Assembly: GCF_009914755.1 (NCBI RefSeq) | Contig: NC_060932.1 | Reading direction: 5' to 3' (one strand) | DNA: 64,000 bases | Origin: the human T2T-CHM13v2.0 reference genome, Homo sapiens | Shown here: piece after piece, positions 1 to 12,727 of the stretch | Position numbering within the stretch: the stretch's first letter is position 1 | How the letters are laid out: the number at the start of each line of letters is the position of its first letter | Notes under the pieces: model-generated | What the model saw: the letters and a program-made list of their open reading frames with translations, nothing else | Database searches by the model: none | Told to the model about the DNA's origin: nothing | Translations under genes and position numbers: made by a program

Positions 1-832
1 TTGAAAGGAGAAGCTGTTAGCACATCAGGAATCAGGAATTGAAGCACACTTGGAACTCTCTATCCAGACATGGATGGAATCAGAGATGAGGCCAACAGGA
101 AGTAAACAGAGTTCCCATAGGTGTCTGATACTGGCATACAGTACAACTTCAACAAATGTTTATGGAATTGACTTAACTAAAATGAGATTATGACATAACC
201 TTGGGCTCAAGAAATAGGCTTAAGTTTAAATCCCTGTTCTGTCATGAAACCTTGAAACAATTATATCACTTTTTTAGACCTTAGATCTTTCATCTGAAAA
301 GTGGGATAATATTAGTTATTATTTTTTAAATGAGAAAGTTGATACAGAATCCACAGTGTTTAACAAGCAGAATGAGCTAAATAATGGTGAACTACATTAC
401 ATATAATAATAAATAATAATTAGCTCACTTTAATTTGCCAAGCACTGTGAAATCTGTGGTTATTGACCTGATTATGGATGTGGCCTAAGCTTCCCAAATC
501 CCAGCCCAGTGCTTTTCTACCACCTGTGTTTCCTCTAACATCACAGAGGCAACTTGACTCTGGTTCCTGTGTGTGAATGGGAGCTCAACTCTTACCAGGT
601 CCATCCACATTCTCAGAGTTTCCATAAAGAGATCAGAACGTTTCTGTTGGAGATGGTGGACTGGCCACAAGGCTTACCTCCTCTCTTTCCTCAGAATCCC
701 TTAAAATTATATATATACTGAACCAAAAAAGATATAAATCTGTAGTAACAAAGAGAATACGTTCATCAGTAGATAAGAAATGATAACACAATTGCAATAA
801 TTGGTCAAATAGATACCAGTTTTTTAAACACT

Positions 833-1130
<298 letters not shown>

Positions 1131-1471
1131 TAAACACTACTTAATTCATGTTCTTAGATAAGTGCTGGTATACAATAAGCACTTATTTGTAGAATGAATA
1201 AAGGAAGATATACAAATAAGCAATCTAGACATATTATTTGGAAACCAATAGGTAAGCATCAGGAAAAGTTAAAGCAGAAACAGATAAAGTGGTTCTCTCC
1301 AGAAGCAGGACTTAGAATGGGAAAAGGGAGTGGCAACAGATTGTTGATTTCCATTATAAATTAGCTTTTATTATTATTTTATTTTTCAATATGTGTTCAT
1401 ATGTTACTGTAAAAAAAAATTAAAAAAAATTTTAAGATGTTTAAGAGGAGAGACACCTGTGAGCCCCTTCC

Positions 1472-1836
<365 letters not shown>

Positions 1837-3879
1837 TGACCGAAGAGACAGGTCCTGCAATCCATGTGAAATGGTCATCTGATAGAATCTTGACATGTAT
1901 GATAATCACCAACATGTGTGGGGTGGAGATTATCTGTCAATAAAACTGCAGAAGATCCAAGAGCAATATGTAATTCTTGTTGATTTGTTTCAGGAAATGG
2001 ACTATTTTCAAGCAGCTGTGAATAATCACAGCTAACTTAGGAGAAAAAAATAGAGATTGTACACCTGGATGGTGTCTGCATATTTATTACATATTTGTAG
2101 AATTAAGGAATCAAGGAATTACATCAGCTTTTAAAAACTTTTTCCTTTTGTTAAATCAGAAAAATCCCACTTTATGTCAGATAATTTTCTAGAAGTGTCT
2201 ATATGTCTTTTCAATCAAATTGGAGGAAAAGATCGACTGGTATGATGGAAGGTTTATTTACTCAAATCAATATAGAGTAATTATTATATCCAGATCAAGT
2301 TTGAGAGCTAGCTGAAGTGTATTGACCAGTCAGTCTTGCTCTTTGAATAAGTGATGGGTGCTGGGAAGAAGCCGGTATAACAGCCCAGTCATCATGTGTC
2401 CAAGCTATAGGCAGGTGGGCAGAGTAATGGGCAGATCAGGGAGGGCACAGGGGGTAGGCCTTGTTCACAGATTAACAGCAGGGAGCCCTGATGTGTTCCT
2501 CAGTTAGAAGTCCAAACCAGCAAGGGGTTGTATCAAGGGGCTTTGGTCATTCCCTGCACAAAATTTGAAAATACAGATGCTAACTGCCTCCTCCACTTCC
2601 CCTATCATCTGGAGCCTCTGCTTCTGAGGGTGGGGGTGGGTCAAAACATGCCTATTCAAAATTTTATGTTTTTATTGAATCTTCTCTGATTTATATCTCT
2701 CAGAAACCTATTATTATCATCATTTGCTTACAAAATGCAAATACACTCTGCTTTCCCCACAAACATTTTGGAATAAACACAACCAAACTGCCAGAAGGCT
2801 TTATTCCCCAAAAGCACCCCATGCATGCAAAATTTGACTGTCTCCCAGTTCCATTCGTTAAGGTCTCCTTCAGTTGTGCCACTTCTCTTTCTAACCTATA
2901 ATCTGCTTTCACTGGAAGCAGGAACCTGACGGGTCTTATGGGCTCAACAATTGGAATGGCATCTCCTCATTTTCTCCTCACCTCTCCCAGCTTGTGAAAT
3001 GCCCACTGACATAAGCTGGCAGTCAAATAAAAATAAAAATCCTATTCAATATTCCACTCATTGTTGTACATATGCAGTATTGGCATTTTGCATGTCAATA
3101 TCTGACACTGTTTTTTAATTTGTTCTAAACTGCCAGCTCATTTGCATCATCATTCTGTGATCTTCCACCTGTGCAGCAATTTGGGGGGAAAACATAACCA
3201 TTTATGTACCTGCTAAAACTTGACATAGTCACAGAACCTGATCCAAGGAGAATTCATTTATTTTCTAAGCACTCTTTATTTTGTCTTTGAACTGGGTTCT
3301 TAATCTGCTTACTCAGAGCACTGCTCGCGGTCTCTGAAAACCAAGCGAAGCTTTGAAAAATGCTCATACTCTTGGGCTAAACGGAGCAGCTTGATGGTGT
3401 TCACGACATGGCGTGGTGATGTGTACACTGTCAGGCACATCCTATCTCAATGCTCAGGCCACGCCACACTATTCATCGTAAGTCATCTACTTGAATTATG
3501 GGATGAGAGAACAAAGATCTGAGCTAAGCTTATTATAGGAGAAAAGAAAAAAAGAAAATATGGATGCCATAAGTACAGAGACCACAAAACAATTGCGTTT
3601 CAGCAGGTTTGACAACTAGGATGTAGCTGTCTCATGGAAATTATTGAGTTTGTTTATCCAAGAACTCATAATCTAGGAAGGAAAATAGTGTCCTCTTTTG
3701 TAATCTGTATTATAAACTGAGTATCTTGAAGAACTGATCTTTGCTTTAATCATCACTAAATCAAGTTAGCCAAGAATCCATGATCTGGCATAGGAAGTTG
3801 CTGGTTTTGAAATGAATTGAATTCAGATACTATTGCCTCTTGTCCAAGACCTGTATACCTGTAATACATAGGCTAATTA

Positions 3880-4054
3880 CTTATTTATTATGTTTGTTGT
3901 TTATTTTCTGTCTCTTCCCAATGAGAAGATAAGCTTGATGACAGTAGGGATTTTAATTGGATATTCTGGTAACTGATGGATCTTCAATGTCTAGAACAGT
4001 GCCTGGCGCTTGGTAGATGCTCATAAATATTTATTAGGTGAACATATGAATGAA
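3880..4054 (+). mobile_element. L2 LINE 3' end relic
   Basis: TCTAGAACAGTGCCTGGCGCTTGGTAGATGCTCATAAATATTTATT...GAATGAA resembles the L2 3' terminus. Confidence 0.7.
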
Positions 4055-7000
4055 AAATCTCTGCTCCCTTTGTGCGTCTGAAGAATCACAATACTCTTCC
4101 TAGAAAGTGGTTCCTAATCTGAAATTTTACAGATAAAATACATTTTTAAAAAAAGCTAAGAGAGATACAACTAGTGCTGCCATTTTGTAATTGTTAAATC
4201 TAAGATTTTGAAAAATAACAATAAAAATCCAAATGTTATTTCCACTAAAATTTTTTAATAAAAGGAAAGGTTCTTAATTAAAAAAAAATGAGAAAAAAGA
4301 AAATAATCTAAAATAATGATTAGTTTTCCCCAGAAAAGACTCATGCTAGCTTAAGTCACAAACCAGCGTCCAACTGTTGGCAAATTTTTGAGAGCTCCTG
4401 GCTTAGATAACCACAGCGACAAGCTCTGCTGAATTGAAACAGATTCTACAAAGATGGGCCAGGCCTGAGGACATGCTGGATTCCAGGCTAAACAACTCGG
4501 TAACTATAGAAGCAGAGCCTTAAAGGGAATTTGAGAGATGAACCAGTCCAGCAACTTCAGGCGAGTGAAATTCTAAACCATGTAGTTTTGTTGGGTGGCT
4601 TCCAGTAGAGTTAGTCCCTCTTGAGTGTCCCGATGTTTCTAGTGCTTAGAGGAGGCTTTTTCCAGCCAGCTGGCCTTGTGAAAACTTCCCACTTCCATCT
4701 TACTCCCCCATGGAAGCCTGCTATCTAAAGAACAAAACCCAGAAAATAGCTCCTGATTGTCTCTTTCTCTCTCTTTGTTGATGTCTTTTTAGCAAATATT
4801 TGTTTCCTCAACTCATGTAGATAGATAATAATAGGAACAATCCAAAAGTGATTTATGAACATCTAATACTCTCAGCCAAATGAAGGGATTTGCATCTGTA
4901 AATACATTGCTAAAATACATGCAGTTTGATGTATTAAAGAAGAAGAACCAGTCCAAAAGTCCATCTTAAAATTTTACCATGGGCTCAGGACCCTCTCCAA
5001 ACTTGTATGTTCCAAGCCTCTCCATACCTCCTCTTCCTCGCAGCTGGGGTTTCTGGATTCTTGCCTGGCAGTAGGCTCAGTTCTCAACTTCCCAACACCA
5101 TGTTGCCCATCAGAGGGTGTGAACCTGAGGTTATTCAGACATCACAGCTCCTTCCTTCTTCTTAAGCTCCGATTTCCCTCCCTGAGAGCTTCATCTACCA
5201 TGTGCTTTAGAAATAGGTAGCAAATACCAGCCTGGTTTGAATTATTGAGTTTTGCTTCTGGTAACTTGACTGTTTCCTCAGTGTTCTACTCTTCAAATCC
5301 TGAGTTCCTCTTGAGAGTGCCTACAGCATGAACTGGAGACCTGGTCTGATCTCAGGCTTGGTTGGTGACAGATGAGGAGATTCAGAACTTCAGACAGGCA
5401 CCAATAGGAAGGTCTAAGATTTTCCTCCCAAGATGACAATGACGATGGTGGTGATGATGATGATTTTTACATTTTTATCTATAAAAGTGTCCAAATAATA
5501 TCTCAGTATAAGGCACATTTTAGGGTTGACTTCTTTTTCTGAATTCTTCTTCATAAGAGCAGGTGGCAACAGAATAGTGAGAAGCTAGAATAAAGAAGCC
5601 TTTTTAGTAGTGAATAAAACATCTTGAAATTAATAGTTTATTAAACTTTCTGGAATAAGAATGCAGTTTTTCAAGATTTTGTTTCTTGTGTCTATAGGTT
5701 TTTCTGTAGTGATTTTACAAAAGAAAAAAACGTGTCCATCCTGTATTCACCTTTTTATTTCCCTTTGCAAGTATAAACTTAAAAAAAAAAGTTTTTGGTG
5801 GATGTTTTCAGAATATAATGATTTTCCCCCTAGTTTGGGAAACCATAAAGGACAGAGAGGCAAGGTTACTGATCAACATCTATGATGAAAAGAACTATCA
5901 ACTTTTCCTAGTAGAGCTATATTATCAATAGTACAGTGCATAACCAAGTCGAACCTGTGCAGCACTCTTGTTATAAAGAATTATTTCCTGCAACTAGATC
6001 ACCAAACATTTTCTTTATTAATGTAGGTGAACACTAATGCATGAAATACTATCGTTAGAACAGATGTGACAGTTTTAATTCCAGCATGAAAATGCTGTTT
6101 TATGGATTTTGATTTCTATTTAAATCTTCTTATTCCTTAAAAAAAGTCTATAAAGTGATTTGAAGTCTATAAAGATGGTTGCTTTAAAATATATTTATAA
6201 TAGTGTTACTTTCCATTTGGATACGCTGTTAACATTTATGTGGCAGATGCAAAAATGAAAGATCATTCATTCGTAAGAATGAATTCATTAAAAAATGAAA
6301 GATCATTCATTAATTCACTCATTCATTGCATAATCTCAAAATGAAACTGAAATTCAGGCCACAGCACATTTACCCACTAGATCTTACATGAAATGTAAAA
6401 TCATTTAAATATTCTTAGGGATTAACATAGCTTACTGGGGGTTTTTTTTTTTTTTTTGAAAGGGTTGATAGAAAGTGGAGTTTATCAACATCTTATAGTG
6501 GAAAAACGTTTAGAAAGTTTATTCCCTTTCTGCCTCTAACTTCTTTTTTCTCTCTCAAACAGTACCCAAATACCATGTAAAACACCACTGAGTTTTAAAA
6601 ACAAAACGTCCAAACATATTTTTGCTTTCTCACAATTATTTAATTGTCTTCCTAATTAATTCCACAGTCTGAAATAAATTATTGACTTACCAGACTTTCT
6701 TGTTTTCTGTGACAGCTTCAGCAGTAAACAGGCCATTAACAATTCATAATGAGCAAGACACGTTTGCTTTTTCCATGTGCTAATTTGGTACCCCATTAGA
6801 GACATCTTTTGACTCTTCTCTTTCCTGTGGGTTCATTTTGAAAGAGGGTGACAGACTGCTGGGCCCTAATATGTTTGAATAAAAAGGTACTAAAAAAATA
6901 AAACTTTCTTTTGGCTGATGCAATTACTTATGTAGAGATAATTCATTAGAACTTTTCTTTAATCCTTTTGTCTGTTTCTTTTTTTCTGCTGTATAGAGGA

Positions 7001-7638
7001 ATACCAATATTCTATACAGAGTCTAAAACTTTCTTGACGTGGGCTACTTATCAGTACCCAGTGAGTGTTTCTAGCCAAGGTTCAAATGGATTTTCTATTA
7101 AAAAAAAAGTCTAGTCTATACTATGAAAATGGATCCCAGTATTCCTGGTAAAATGTGTCTTGAAATGTAGGGAGGAATTGCTGTAGCATGGTTCCTGATT
7201 GAAGAAAAAATATGGGCAAAAAGATATCCAAAAAGGATCATGACTGGTTGGTCAGTGGTATGAAGTAAAATAAAATCCTAATGTGTATTATTTAGCTTGG
7301 AGCACAGGTACAGGAGAGATTGGTAGATAAGATACATTATTTTTGTGAAAAAATAAGAATGCCTTAAGTTTGGAACTAAAGTGTGGGAGCTAATGATTCA
7401 TTCTTGGATCAAATGCAAGGACCACTTATGAGAAATAGTACTTGTCTAGTAGCAGTCTATGAGTTGTTATGTTGGATTAGAAGAGGGAAAGCCAAAATGA
7501 AGAAAAAGGGATGACATTGCCCAAACTTTAATGTTGAGGGAATCTGGTGGTGACAAGAGACAAAAAAAAAAAAAGCATATTGACTAGAGAAGTTACTTTG
7601 AAAATTGGCAGTTTTGATTTCAAATTTAGCTTTGGGTT

Positions 7639-7941
7639 GTCTGGGCATGGTGGCTTACACCTGTAATCCCAGCAGTTTGGGAGGCCGAGGTGGGTGGATC
7701 ATCTGAGGTCAGGAGTTCAAGACCAGCCTGGCCAACATGGTGAAACCCCGTTTCGACTAAAAATACAAAAATCAGCTGGGCGCAGTGGTGTGTGCCTGTA
7801 ATCCCAGCTACTCAGGAGAGTAGCTGAGGAAGGAGAATCCCTTGAACCCAGGGGACAGAGATTGCAGGGAGCCGAGATCGCACCACTGCACTCCAGCCTG
7901 GGTGACAGAGTGAGACTCTGTCTCGAAAAACAAAACAAAAC
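7639..7941 (+). mobile_element. Alu SINE (AluSx-type)
   Basis: Full dimer with an (AAAAC)n tail; TSD AAATTTAG(C/T)TTTGGGT on both flanks. Confidence 0.97.
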
Positions 7942-8439
7942 AAATTTAGTTTTGGGTATCAGTGTTCTTATTTATAAAATTGGGATAATGTATACTTCAA
8001 TAAATAAAAAATGTAATTAAATGTAGAGGTTGGCATTTAGTAATAACAAATTATAAGAAATATTATAAGTATTATTCAACATAAATATTCATAAAACATT
8101 TATATTCTTAATATTACTCTTTATATACATTGTATTATGCTGTAGAAAACATTGTAATTCAAGAATCTCAAAAGTTTAGTACTGAACCTTTGGTTTAATT
8201 TCTTGAGAAAGAGAGAACAGAGAATGATGTTTCCATGATAATAAATCAAAACTTTGGTAGATAATTTCAGTTAAACTCTGGTCAGTGGAATGACAGAGTC
8301 CATAGTGTTTTCTTTAGTTTATTTTTGTATCTGCTATATTTGAGCACAGAAAAATAATATTTCCTCAGTTAAACCAGTACATGAAACCTAGGACGTGTGT
8401 ACCCTTCTGGTGGAAAGTTCATTTTAGCTTTAGAGGTAG

Positions 8440-8911
8440 ATCGATTAAGTTAATTGTTCCAATTTTTCTCTCTTCTCTACATTCATGGTCATTACAACCT
8501 GACTTTGCAGCTCCTTTGATCAAGAGATGGGTTCTTTCCCCACCCCTTGACTCTGAGGGTGGCAGGTAACTTGCTTTGGCCAACAGGATGTTAACAGTTG
8601 CAACTCAAGCAAGGGCTTGAAAAAGTGCTTGCACATTCTCACTTCTGCTCCTGCTCCCTGCCTGAGCAAGAAAATGTCAAGTCAGCTTGTGAGAGGATGA
8701 ATCACAAGGAATAGAGCCAGGTCATCCCCAACATCCTAGACAAGGTCATCCTAAGCGAGCTGACCCTCAGCAAACTTCCAAACATGGGAGGAAGCCCAGC
8801 CAAACCTAGTGGAAATCACTGACCCACAGCTCAGGTTTGAGCTTAGTAACTGCTTATTATTTTAGGCCACTGAATTTCAGAGAGGTTTGTGGTAACGATA
8901 AAGAGCTGATA
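8440..8911 (+). mobile_element. MaLR solo LTR (old MLT1, MLT1G-like)
   Basis: TTGCTTTGGCCAACAGGATG...GGCTTGAAAAAGTGCTTGCACATT and 3' TTTTAGGCCACTGAATTT motifs typical of MLT1. Boundaries approximate. Confidence 0.65.
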
Positions 8912-9606
8912 TGCTCCTTCAAGAGTGTAAGAATGAGATGAACAAGAAAAGCATTACAAAATATGTAAATATTTTTTATTGGGAAATAAATGGCCTTGAG
9001 CCCACTGAAAATAATACTGGATCCTTGGGCTTCATTTTAGGGTCTGTACCTCACTCTCGAAGCTCTGGTCTCCTCTGCCTGTCCTCCCTATAAATGCTCC
9101 CCTAGCCCTAATCAGAATCAACTTAACTAGAAAACCTTTGACAAATAACCAGGAAGAACATGATGGTGTGTTCTAGCGAAGAAAAGACAGAAAAAAGTAA
9201 TCACCTGCAATTTTTATTAGAGGACAACACAAAGTAATGGAAATAGTAATGATGTTGGATTAATACATTTTCATATTTGGATCCCACTGTGGCATTTATT
9301 AGATGTGCAACGTTAGAAAATTTATTTTCATTCTCATGTATAAACTGGAATAATATCTACCTTATCTCTCTCTCTCTTTCTCTTTCTTTTTTTGGTTAGG
9401 AATAAATAGGAAGGACAATTGGAACAGAGTAGTTAGAATTCCATCAGTTGTCTTCATCTGATGGCCACAGTACACTGCCTCTTTCTGAACACGTCTTAAT
9501 CTTGATCATGGATCATGTCTCTTTTACATGATCTGTTCATGAGAGATAACCCACTGTCTTTTATCTCTCCATTCCCAGAAGTTAGCATAGAACCCAGTAA
9601 AATATC

Positions 9607-9969
9607 TGCATTAGTCAGGGTTCTCCAGAGGGACAGACCTAATAGGAGATATGTACATAAAAAAGGGAATTTATTACACAGAATTGACTCAGATGATCAC
9701 AAGGTGAAGTCCCATGATAGACCATCTTCAAGCTGATGAAGGCTGGAAGACTCAGCAAGTTGACTCACTCCACCTTGGGCTGCCTACTTTTTCTAGCCCT
9801 GCTGGCAACCAAATGGATGGTGCCCACCCAGATTGAGGGTAGGTTTGCCTCTCCCAGTTCACTGACCCAAATGTTAATCTCCTCTGGCAACACCCTCACA
9901 GACACACCCAGAAACAATACATTGCATCCTTCAATCCAATCAAGTTGACACTTAACATTAACCGTCACA
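9607..9969 (-). mobile_element. ERVL solo LTR, MLT2A-type
   Basis: TG...CA termini with 5-bp TSD ATATC (9602-9606, 9970-9974); TTAGTCAGGGTTCTCCAGAGGGACAGA and CAATCCAATCAAGTTGACA match the MLT2A ends. Confidence 0.9.
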
Positions 9970-11034
9970 ATATCTTTAACATCTATTAAATATATAAATA
10001 ATAATAAGCCGTGAAATAGATGTTTGCTGCTGCTGCATCAGCTCCTGTTTTTTCATTGCTGTTTCAAAGCAAAAGCATGAAAAAGGCTTCCTTATTTAGA
10101 ATTCAGCAGTATTAGCCATCACATTTCCTGCCTATATCACAGGGCTGGGGCAGAGGTTTGGAGAAGAAATGCTGATTATGCGAAGAACCTGGATGTAAAA
10201 ATGGGATGGTGACAAGAGCCTGGGTTTATTTCAATCTGTTCCTTATGCCTGCTCTGAGGTGAAGACTCTAAATGAGAGACTCTTAGCTGAGGCAAGACAG
10301 TGGTTGAGGATTTCACTCTATAGGAGACATCTCAATATATAACCATTGGAAATGTGAGCTCCAAGAAGATGAAAAATTTTAATTGTAAGGGCCCATGTTA
10401 TTAGTGCAGTCAAGTGGAGGAGCAATGAAGAGCTGCATAAAATTAGTGGAATATCATGTAAATTGATCAAAAATTACTGGTAGTTACACTATTTTCAACG
10501 AAATGATTCATGCTAATTCAAGGAAACGTTTCTTTCCTCCATTAACAGCTTTGATGCTCTGAGCATCAGGGAAGTTATGAAGCTGAAGAAAAAGAGCAGG
10601 CCTTGCACACTCACCTGCTCCTAGAAAGGACAAAACTGCCACATAGCTCCTTAAAGACTTTGGTGTGCCACAGGGAAATAAATTCTGTGGAGTCCCAGCC
10701 AGGTCTTCTGTCTCCCTTCTCCCTCCCCCCTCCCCTTCTTGGTGTCTAGCATGGCATAGAATTGTCTAAAATGTTTGCTCAGGTCCTGGAGATAAATACA
10801 CAGCTGCACGTCCATTTATTTTTTTAAATGAAGTCAGTAGTAGTTGGAAGGCTGTTTTTGTTGACCGAGAAGTCTTAACTACTCTTTTGTTTTAATAAGT
10901 TTGCATGTGAGTGTGTGTTGGTGTCTGTGTACATACATGTACTGTGGTATGTGCAACAAATAATTTATTTTTCACTTTTACACGATAGTTATTATCTACT
11001 TTGTGTATTCTGTTCCACTTAAAACCAGCTCAGC

Positions 11035-11322
11035 GGCAGGGAGTGGTGGCTCACGCCTGTAATCCCAGCACTTTGGGAGGCCGAGGCAGGCAGATCATGA
11101 GGTCAGGAGTTTGAGACCAGCCTGACCAATATGGTGAAACCCCGTCTCTACTAAAAATAAAAAAATTAGCCAGGCATGGTGGTACATGCCTGTGGTCCCA
11201 GCTACTCAGGAGGCTGAGGCAGGAGAATGGTGAATGGCATGAACCTAGGAGGCGGAGGTTGCAGTGAGCCGAGATTGCGCCACTGCACTCCAGCCTGGGC
11301 GACAGAGCTAGATTCCGTCTCA

Positions 11323-11354
<32 letters not shown>

Positions 11355-11357
11355 AAA
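11035..11357 (+). mobile_element. Alu SINE (AluS/Y-type)
   Basis: Full dimer with an (AAAAC)n tail; TSD CAGCTCAGC on both sides. Confidence 0.97.
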
Positions 11358-12300
11358 CAGCTCAGCATAGGCTACTGAGCTAACAGAAAACTGAAGAACC
11401 CAGATATGTAACATTTTCTTATTTCCTTTTTTTTTTAATCTGCTGAAGTTTGACAAAAAATTGAATTACAGTGCTTCCCTCTGCTTTATCATTCATCTTA
11501 AATTGCCCCTTTCTGAATTTTAGTTTTTGCCACCCATATATGAGGGGTCACATTTATAGATGCTTAGAATTGGGCAGAAGTCTGCATATAGAAATCAACT
11601 ATGTGAAAACAGCATGCAGAATTTATAATCTTATATTTATTCTTATCACTGTATTTGATTTATTCTAGGAATTTTGATAATCATACTCTTAAATCATTTC
11701 TATAACTGTCAGTAATTTGCATCATGGTTGGGCCAAGAGATCTCAAAATTGAATATTCACACAAGTGCAAATCATTTCATTTCTGCTTCTCTATAGACCT
11801 GGAGCAAATGAACTTTAGTTTAAATTTTCATCAACACAGATACTAGGTAGTTGCCCTTGCACATTTGCAGAACAGCCACCTACTACATTGTGTTTCAGTT
11901 TATAATTCAAATTTGTTTAACATCTTTTATAAAATATTTTCTAATGTCTTCCTAAAGATCCCTTTTTGTGATTTACAATAATTACCCCAGAAGATTACAA
12001 TCGGTTAATTTGCATTTATTAAGCACTTGTTTTGTACCCAGTACTGTGTTGTGTGCTTGGGGGATACTAAAAATTATTAGAGAATCTCTGCTGACCAAGA
12101 GCTCAGAATTCACAGGTTAGTTCTGTGATTCCCAACCAGACTACATCTTATTGTTTCTATATCAATTTATGCCTTGAAAGAAGAAAACAGTATGCCATAG
12201 AATACTTGGAAAACACTCTATGAAAATGGTGGGCTGAACTGGTGAGAGATGATGAAGAGAAACACCCCAAATGATCATGCAGGTTCCACATAAGTTTGTA

Positions 12301-12403
12301 CAGGCTACATGCTGCCCAGCTTTTGGGAGTATCATTCACAAAGCAAATGATGCACCCTAGAGTTGTGCAGTATACAACTTGTGCAACTGTACATTGTGGC
12401 TCT
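12301..12403. mobile_element. hAT-Tip100 MITE relic (MER91-like)
   Basis: GAGTTGTGCAGTATACAACTTGTGCAACTGTACATTGTGGCTCTG resembles the MER91 terminus. Confidence 0.5.
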
Positions 12404-12439
12404 GGTAAACAGCATAATTAAATGAGAGTGGGAGGCTGT

Positions 12440-12680
12440 TATGGTGGTGGTAAAGAGCTTGAGCTGTGGTGTCACATGACTCACACTTCTGCCATTTCAC
12501 AGCTATGGAACCTTGTGAAAATGGCTTAACTTTCTCTATACCTTAGTTCTCGCCAGAAAAATCAGTTTTATAAAATAGTTCCTCACTCCTACGATTGACG
12601 TGAGGATCGAAGAGGATAATGACAGTAAAATATTCAGTACACAATAAGTCACAGTAGTAAATTTTAGTTTTTGGTTATTA
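12440..12680 (+). mobile_element. MIR SINE
   Basis: GGTGGTAAAGAGCTTGAGCT...GGCTTAACTTTCTCTATACCTTAGTT...GTGAGGAT, the MIR core. Confidence 0.7.
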
Positions 12681-12727
12681 TTACTTTTTTAAAATTAAAA
12701 TATTGGGAGAGTCATTAGGGTTTTAAG

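Noticed and set aside
6251-6330. 21-bp direct repeat AAAAATGAAAGATCATTCATT
   Set aside because: It lies in (CATT)n low-complexity, L2-tail-like sequence and is trivial slippage.
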